NCBI RefSeq assembly: GCF_009914755.1
Contig: NC_060930.1
DNA length: 64,000 nt
Strand: one strand, 5' to 3'
DNA from: the human T2T-CHM13v2.0 reference genome, Homo sapiens
The position numbers were made by a program, and so were the translations under genes. Below, in pieces: positions 55,931-64,000 of this stretch; the first letter of the stretch is position 1, and every line of letters begins with the position of its first letter. The notes under the pieces were generated by a model that worked only from the letters and a program-made list of their open reading frames with translations, did not search any database and had not been told where the DNA came from.

Positions 55931-56050
55931 GAGGGCAGCCACATTATTTATCATCCAAACTGGCACACACTTGGGTGCTGTTAATGATTACGCTGGAACA
56001 CCAGGCATGAAGTGGGACTTTCTGAGCAAACTATGATGGATGGTTCACTT
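55931..56050 (-). mobile_element. MER94-like hAT-Blackjack MITE
   Basis: AGGGCAGCCACATTATTTATCATCCAAACTGG...TAATGATTACGCTGGAACACCAGGCATG...GCAAACT. Confidence 0.65.
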
Positions 56051-57409
56051 GGAAATAGATAACTTGAACGTCCTTCTCAGGTTGTCCCCCCTGGTTTTCA
56101 ATAACCCTTTTGGCAACCCCTGCCAAGACTTTTTCTATATGGACCCGATCCAGGATCCATCTGAACCGGCTGAGTCTGTAGGCTTGGGCACGTTTGGTGT
56201 TCTATGCTCCATTGTGTTGGGTGAGAAAGGTGAGTGTTTCTCAAGGATTTTTCCTCACCATTTGCTCCTCTTTTGTCTATACAGGAAGTAAACACTGGTG
56301 ATTTTTTAATCACCTCCTTTCACCACCCTTTCTGGAGCAGTAGGCTTGGTACTTTTGAAAAGCAACTAAAATTCTGTGTTTGCTTTTTTTCTCTCCCCAT
56401 TCTATTGATAGAAATAGACTGAAGTCCTTCCAGTTGGCAAGAAAGAAAGACGACAGTGTCATGGGGATTGCACAGGCCAGGAGGAGGTTGGGGACGTGTG
56501 GATGGCACTTGGGAAGGAGTCACCTGTGAAAAGAATGACGACCATGCACAGCTCCCCTAATTCAACACAGATTAATTGGGGTATTAATTCTACTGTTGAA
56601 ATTTTTCACCTCCCTCTTTAAAGTATTCCACATTAACAAGCTTTCAGCACTGAATCCCGCAGAAATGTCTTGAAAGGGATTTACCTGGGTTCACAGTTCA
56701 TGATTCCACAGATGTTAGTAGCCTCAGCATTTTAGCAAACAAACCCACACACCCCCGTTCTCAGGTCTCTCTTAGAGGTAAATTCCAAGACAGGGAGGTA
56801 AACAAATCGCTCCCCCCGGGGGCTCCCATGGACCAGCCTGCACTGCCTCTGGTGGGTGTAAAGTCCTTGGGGAGCTTTCAGGATGAAGGGCAGGTGAAAA
56901 CACGTTCCAGCTGCTGCCCAGGAGTCGAGTATTTACCTGTTGAAGCCCAACAGATTTAGGCTCATGTTTACACCCTGTGCCACCTAATGGGATTTTAATG
57001 CATTCCAAGGCTTCACAGCTGCCACCTACCCTCAGTCCAGAAGGGTAATCATTGTCATATAGAATGTAAGGGACCCAATACACCTGGTTTTGACCCAGAT
57101 CAATCAGTCATTCTATAGTTGTAGAAGCGGGTCCTGGAAAACCAAGGGAGTGACCCAAGTTTGCACAAGTACGGGTGGTGCCACGCTGTGGGCTTCACCA
57201 AGGCTGGAGGTCTGAGCATGTCGGAATTGGCCGGACGAGGGGTAGGGATGGGAAGTCAGGAGGTGAGGGGGACCTCTCCAAAGAATCCAGGGATATGCCA
57301 CAATGGCGGGTGAGCAGGTGGTGACTTCAGTGACCACAGGACACTCTGGTCTGGCTGCTGGCCGGGAAGTTAGCAATAGAGTAAAATGCCAATTATCTGT
57401 TGATTCTTT

Positions 57410-57673
57410 CTGATTTAAAAACACAAAGAACCATCATTCTCACCAAATCTGGGTCCTCACAGCCTGTGTATAAGGGGGAAAGGCCCAGAGAAGTTGCTGA
57501 TTTAAAAACACAAAGAACCATCATTCTCACCAAATCTGGGTCCTCACAGCCTGTGTATAAGGGGGAAAGGCCCAGAGAAGTTGCTGATTTAAAAACACAA
57601 AGAACCATCATTCTCACCAAATCTGGGTCCTCACAGCCTGTGTATAAGGGGGAAAGGCCCAGAGAAGTTGCTG
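57410..57673. repeat. Perfect tandem triplication of an 87-bp unit
   Basis: Identical copies at 57410-57496, 57497-57583 and 57584-57670, followed by CTG. Confidence 0.98.
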
Positions 57674-58175
57674 CTTAGTTTGGCGACCTTAAGGGACCCA
57701 AACTGTCACTTTAAGTTCATATCTATTGACTTTCCCTTCCTGCACCTGTCTCCAATATTATTCAGCCTTGTCTTTTATGCAAATGCCCAAACCAGAGGGT
57801 TCTGTCTCAATGTCTGGCACACGGTATATATAAAAGTGTTAACTTGGACAAAAATTCAAAATGATCACACAGATTCATACTCTGTTCAGAAACATACTTT
57901 TTTCTTCCAACTCAGCTCTGGATACCGTGTAAAAAGAGGAAAGCGTAGGAGCTACAGTGGGGGCGGCCCCTGGGCTCTTATTTATAGCTGCACTAAGAGA
58001 GACCTCATTTCCACCCTGAGGACATGGAGCATCACTGGGGGAGCTACACGGGACCTGGTGGGGTTCAGGTGGTGCCACGCCCTGGTGACATCTCCATGCA
58101 CAGGTACTGGCATCACTGCATGTACACACATGTATACAGACACAGACTTACTACTATGCTTTATACTGCAACTCA

Positions 58176-58489
<314 letters not shown>

Positions 58490-58505
<16 letters not shown>

Positions 58506-58613
58506 GGGAAGAAGGAAAGAGAGAAAGAGAAGAAAAAAAAGAAAGAAAGAAAGGAAGGAAGGAAAGAAAGAGAAAGAAGGAAGGAAGGAAGGAAAGAAAG
58601 AAAGAAAGTAGGA

Positions 58614-58681
<68 letters not shown>

Positions 58682-58682
58682 A
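58490..58682. repeat. Compound (GAAA)n/(GGAA)n STR, Alu-tail derived
   Basis: Purines only except one T (58609); about 17 perfect GAAA units at 58612-58679. Confidence 0.95.
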
Positions 58683-59261
58683 TCACATGAGGAAGAAGGA
58701 CTGAAGCTCGCCAGCTCCAGGACGAAAAGATGAACACATCTGAATAACAAGCCTGGCTGTAGGAATTCTACCAACTAAGCCTAGAAGGAAAAATGAGTTG
58801 AGCTGTGATGTTTTCATTGTCTGACAACAGAATTTGCACATGACGAGAGATTCTTTTTCTATAAAGCTAAAGTTTCAGGTGGGACTTGACATACTGGGAC
58901 TGAGATGGAAAGAGTCCCGTCTGCTGGATCACAGGAGGGGCCCTTGCTCACTTTGCCCATCCAGGCCTGCGCACCGCAGTGGCCTGGAGAAGAGGTCTGG
59001 GTGTTTTAGACAGAGAGCAGCACAACTGCCTACGTGAACAAGCAGCCGCCCCTGCCTCTGCACTCACGGGCCTCTGTAGCTTTAGTAGTCCCACTGTGAT
59101 GCCAGCCTCAGGCAGATGGGTCTGTGTTTCTAAATCAAGCGAATTATGCTTCCTCCACATATTGGCTGTGCATTTTCTACAACCAAAACCATAATGACCA
59201 GGAGCCAAATTATTTTCACGGCAAATAGAAATGGAGGAAAATGAAGACCGTCTGAACCCCT

Positions 59262-59600
59262 ATGTACTAGTCATAGTTCTTGGTGGCAAATAACAGAAAT
59301 GGATTCTGGCTAAAGTAGTGAGAAAAAAAGGTTTCCTGGAAGGCTATTGGGTATCTATGAAATCACCAGGAAGGCCAAGAAGCAAGCTTGTGACATTCGC
59401 AGGAAGCAGGACCATCTGGGTGGCCGAGGAGAGGCCAAGGACCCGTCCACAGAACCATTCCCTCTCACAGACGGCCTCCTGCCAGCTCTGCATCTTTGCA
59501 CCTCCTTCTGTGTTCAGAATCTCGCACGAGCCATCCAGCTGCCCAAAGCTGGCCCCACATCAACATGCCAGGGGAAGGAAGAGGCCATGCCTGGCCCCTT
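59262..59600 (-). mobile_element. Old MLT1 (K/L-like) LTR fragment
   Basis: TTCTTGGTGGCAAATAACAGAAA...CTGGCTAA...TGGAAGGCTATTGGGTATCT. Confidence 0.45.
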
Positions 59601-59781
59601 CAGGGTTTTACAAATGGACACAGCACCCTGCCCACCACTAAGATTCATACATTGAGGAGATCCCCCTCTCCCTACATGCAACATGCAGAATGGAACTCCA
59701 GATGCTGGCCAGTGAAGCAATACCATCAGCAGCAGTAATGACAAAACCTAACAGTTGTCCACTGCAGGAAGAACCAATGAA

Positions 59782-59868
59782 GTGTGTGTGTGTGCGTGTG
59801 TGCGTGCATGTGCATGTGTGTGCGCATGTGTGTGCGCGCGCATGTGCGTGTGTGTGTGTGTGTGTGTG
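59782..59868. repeat. Alternating purine-pyrimidine (TG/CG/CA)n tract
   Basis: 87 bp of uninterrupted R-Y alternation. Confidence 0.95.
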
Positions 59869-61482
59869 GTTTGGGGATGGGGCTGGGGGAGTGCCAGCAG
59901 AGCAGAATACTGGGGTAGGAGGAGCAGGGAGGGAGAGACAAAGAAAAAGGAGAAAAAGAGAAAATGAAAGTCAGAGACCAATGCTGTCATTCTAAACTTT
60001 CCATGTACCATATGTGATGTTTTTCAGATTAGGGAGTTGAGAACATGCAGCAAATATCCTCGAAACTGTGAATGGACAGCGCCCTGGATCATAAGGAGTA
60101 GAGACACCACTGACCACTCTCACTGCGCCATGGTCACGTCTTTCAGGAAAGGGTGGTGTGACCACGAACTGCACGTCTGCTACAGGGCAGGGCTGTGGGC
60201 TTCAGGGCATGACTGTAAACAAATTTCAAAAATTTTAGACACATTTCGAAAAATGTGAAGCCCTAATGTCCATCCACTTCTGGATATCATTTCACATCTA
60301 TCGTATCTTTCCTACTTTTGAAGACTACTGCAGTTGAAATCTTGTAAATTCTACCAGAGGAGAACCCTGGGATGGCCTTTCGTGATATGAAGATTAAGCA
60401 GCCATATTTTACTCATCCCAATCGCAGAGCTGTTTTTATTATACATTTATGCATCCTTTTGTAACATACATTTTGGGAGTTATCCAATGGCCATCCATTT
60501 TGTGAACCAGTTTGGCCCAGCTTGTGTCAAGTAGTTAGAAGCTGAGAAAGAATGAAAGTGCACAATTAGTCACAAATTCTCCTCCAATATGTGAATAAGA
60601 AATTAAGCACCATTTGCTGATGGATCATCAATAAGTATTACAGAAAACGTAGGTGTTGAGAAGCCACATGGCTCATTTGACATCACACAGCGGAGGGAAG
60701 ACAGGACTGGAAACCACAACCTGATGTCTGGATGTTACTTTTGTGGCAGCTGTAATTGTGATTATCGTTACTTCTTTGTCCCTGGTACTACATATTTCAT
60801 TTTATAACACATAAAAGTAATTTTATAGAAATGTCTTGGAAGCGTTCCAAATGCAGTCCAAACACAGGGGAGAGGGTGACTTAAGTTCAAGATAAAAGCC
60901 ACTAAGACCTTCCCCATAGCCTTGCTACCAAGAGAGCTGGCCCTTCATGGCCAAGTATTCCCATCCGGCTCGCTAAGCACATGCCTCGTCCCTCCCTTCC
61001 CAGCCTCTCATCCACACATCTGGAAAGCCTGTTCTCCCAAGTGAACTTGGTCTGGCTCAGGAATCTTGACATTCCACTCAAATGAAAGAGCGTATTGTTG
61101 AAAACTAGCTGCAGAGAGACACATAGACAGACAGGGATACAAACAGTGTCATCGCGTGATATTTCACATCTAAGAATGGAGCTCAGCAGCAACACACCAG
61201 ACTGGCGGGGGTGGGGGTTTGGGGGGTGGGACGTGGTGAGAAATGCAGTCCTTTCAAATTACTCCTTGACATTCTAGAAGGTCTATCCCAACACACAACT
61301 GATGTTTTGATTGATGAGCACCCTGGGGCCTTTGCCCCCTTGGAGGCCTTGAGCTCAGCCTCCAGAGAGGATATGAAGATGCCACTTTAGGTGCACCCCT
61401 GGCTCCTGAAGCTCACAGTCCTGGCCGAGACGCCCAGTTTCCTTCTTCTTTTCTCAATTTTTTATTTCATAATAGGATTCCT

Positions 61483-61805
61483 GGCCAGGTACAGAGTCTC
61501 ACGCCTGTAATCCCAGCACCTTGTGAGGTCAAGGCAGGAGGATTGCTTGAGCTCAGGAGTTCAAGACCATCCTGGGCAATATAGTGAGACCCTGTCTCTA
61601 CAAAAACAAAATTAAAAGAAAAAATTAGCCAAGTGTGGTGGTACATGCCTGTGGTTCCAGCTACTTGAGAGGCTAAGGTGGGAGGATCTCTTGAGCCCAG
61701 GAGTTCAAGGCTGTGGTGAGCCCTGATCACACTGCACTCCAGCCTGCACAACAGAGCAAGGCCTTGCCTCCAAAAATATATATAATAATAAAATAACAAA
61801 AAAAA
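61483..61805 (+). mobile_element. AluJ SINE
   Basis: GGATTGCTTGAGCTCAGGAGTTCAAGACCATCCTGGGCAATATAGTGAGACCC; A-rich tail. Confidence 0.93.
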
Positions 61806-63247
61806 TGCCAGAGAATGGCACGCACAGATTGCCTTCAGCATTGAGTGTTCACGTCCCGGAATTCACTGAAACATGGGAACCTAGGAGTGACCTGAGGAGC
61901 CCAGCCTTTCCAAAATGGAAATGCAGCTGGCGACATGAAGAACAGAAACACCAACTGCATGGGGCCTGGAAAGGCATCTCCCCTTTACTCCACCATCATC
62001 ACAGCTTTCCCGAGGAGAGAGGGAATGGTTGAGGCCATTTGACTATTGTTTTTCACCAGGACCACCTCCCACCCGATGGAGGCCACAGGCTCAGCTGACG
62101 TCCTAACTATTGACGGTCATCTTTGACACACACATCATATGTGGTGGGTCAGCTGTGGAAGTAGGGGTGGAAGTAGGGATTTCTTGTAAGACATGCCCTG
62201 GCAGCTCCCAAAGAAACAAAGGGCAAATGCTGCTTTCTCCGGAGTTGTGGAGAAGCATCTTCAAGCCTGTAGCCCTCTCCTGAAGCCAGATGAAGGACAG
62301 GTGTTCCAACCGCATGTTTTTATGACGCTGAGTTTGGATCTGTTTTTCTCCAGACTCACACTGAAACCCTTCCTCCAAGGGCTCTCAGCCCAACAAGATA
62401 CTGGAAAAGAGGTTTGAACCCAGCTCCTCTAGTTCCCTATTGGCCTAACTGTTTAGTCAGAGCTGCCAGCACCATCGTTTCTGGAAGGAGCTCCTGGTGG
62501 TGAGGCTGTGCTAGAACCTGGAGAGAAGGGGCCCTTTGCCTCACCAGCAACACAGCTTGAATCCCAGCAGATGAAGGAGATCCATGCAGTCATCACCGGG
62601 TGTTCTCTGCAGCCTCGGTGACCCTCAGGGGAGCTTCCCGGAAAGGCAGGCGCTGCCCTGGAGCCTCTTTAGCAGGAGCTGAGCACGTCAAGTCTCAAGT
62701 GTGAGCTTTAAGTTTGGCCTGAGCTATTCAGCTGTAGCCACTTAAACAGAGAAAAACCTGACAACTCGTCACTAAGGCAATAAGTCAAAAAGCAACTTTT
62801 GTAAAAACCTAGTGACATAAATGCTCTACAGGGCAAATCAGATACTGCGGCAAATACAGAAGTAAGGCCCACAGCTACTGCCCAGAGCAAGCTCTCCTAC
62901 ACCTGCTAAGCCCCCTCACCCAACCCTCTGAGGCGGGGCCAAAACCTGTGGCCAGACCCAGGAATTCTGGTCGTTCCTTGATGGAGGCCAGAGACCTGGC
63001 CAAGGTCGTTAGAGTAGACTCCGTGGAAGCACAGAGTAGAATCTAAAAGCAACTTAGATTTGGATCTTCGGGAACAAGTAAGTGCACCTCAGATCTGGAC
63101 ATAAGCCCTTTCTGGTAGCACTGTTTTCTAGAAAGAAGACTGTACTAAAGTTCTGGATAACTCTCTCCCTGCCCCCAGTGACGTCTCAGAGCAGCCTCAT
63201 GGACTGACTTGACCAGGCTCCCAGGCCCCCTGCCTCCAGCCCAGCTG

Positions 63248-63540
63248 TCCTTCCCTCTGTCCCCAGGGCTCAGTGTCTCTCTTTCTCTCTCTCCTTCTTT
63301 CTCTCTCTCCAACTGTTGTTTCCTGCTCTTCTACTTTCTCCATCTTCCTCCCTCTCATCTTTCCTTCTCTCTTATCTCTCTCTTCCTTTCACTCTCTATC
63401 TTTTTGGCTCTCTCCTGCCTATCCTCCCTTCCCTCTCCTCCTCTCTATCTCTTCATCTCTCTCTCCTCTCCCGTCTCTGTCCGTGTGTGTGTGTCTCTCT
63501 CTCCCCAACTCACGTTTCTCCCCTCCCCCACCCTGCTCCT
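63248..63540. repeat. CT-rich low-complexity tract
   Basis: About 290 bp, mostly pyrimidine on the + strand. Confidence 0.9.
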
Positions 63541-64000
63541 AGTTAATGTTTCCAGTTAATTGACGTGTTGTTGGCCTCTCAGATTGGCATGATTCAACAG
63601 CCCTTCCTGGGGCTCACATGACAGGTCCTGCATGTTAGTCACAGAGCACTAAGAATGCCCCAGAGGAGTGGAGACCACAGACAGGATTATTCTCAGCTCT
63701 GACATGCACGGCATAGCACTCAGCACTAAATAAACTTGGGAAGTGTTCACAGTGCCGCAGTGTGTATATAGCACTGCAGCCTCCAGGCCAGAATAATTAC
63801 ACATGGACTTACAGTTTAGTTTACATTTAGAATACAGAAGGGACAAAATTCTTGCCTTAAGATCTATTTTCAGTGTTGACTTAGATTGAGACTTATGAGA
63901 GATGTGTCTAGGGCAGGGGGGTGCGTGCATGTTCACAGAGACCTAGAGGACCTACCTGGCCTCTGAAATGTTCTCACCTCAACCCTAAATGTACACCTGC

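Overview
Primate (almost certainly human) non-coding genomic DNA: intronic or intergenic, with no protein-coding exon, tRNA, rRNA or CRISPR array that I can recognise, and I cannot name the locus. Most ORFs in the track come from Alu, L1 or simple repeats. The window holds about 18 Alu copies (J, S and Y types, many with readable TSDs), old L1M/L2/MIR fragments, MaLR solo LTRs (MLT1/MST), hAT and Tigger DNA-transposon remnants, microsatellites and four young minisatellites. Unique-sequence highlights are a GATA/RUNX/E-box enhancer-like cluster (~1.8-2.1 kb), a weak CpG island with splice signals (~12.1-12.8 kb) and a TATA/GATA/ETS cluster (~34 kb). The most unusual observation is a short interstitial telomeric array (46500-46536) followed immediately, in register, by ~65 bp resembling the telomerase RNA just 3' of its template, i.e. 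a candidate degenerate TERC-ITS. Also notable: two twin-primed (5'-inverted) L1 insertions, a four-level nested transposon stack, a template-switch hairpin in an LTR, a minisatellite whose junctions create CCAAT boxes, and a perfect 87-bp triplication. Repeat family names and the TERC comparison rely on remembered consensus sequences and need RepeatMasker/BLAST confirmation; counts were done by hand.
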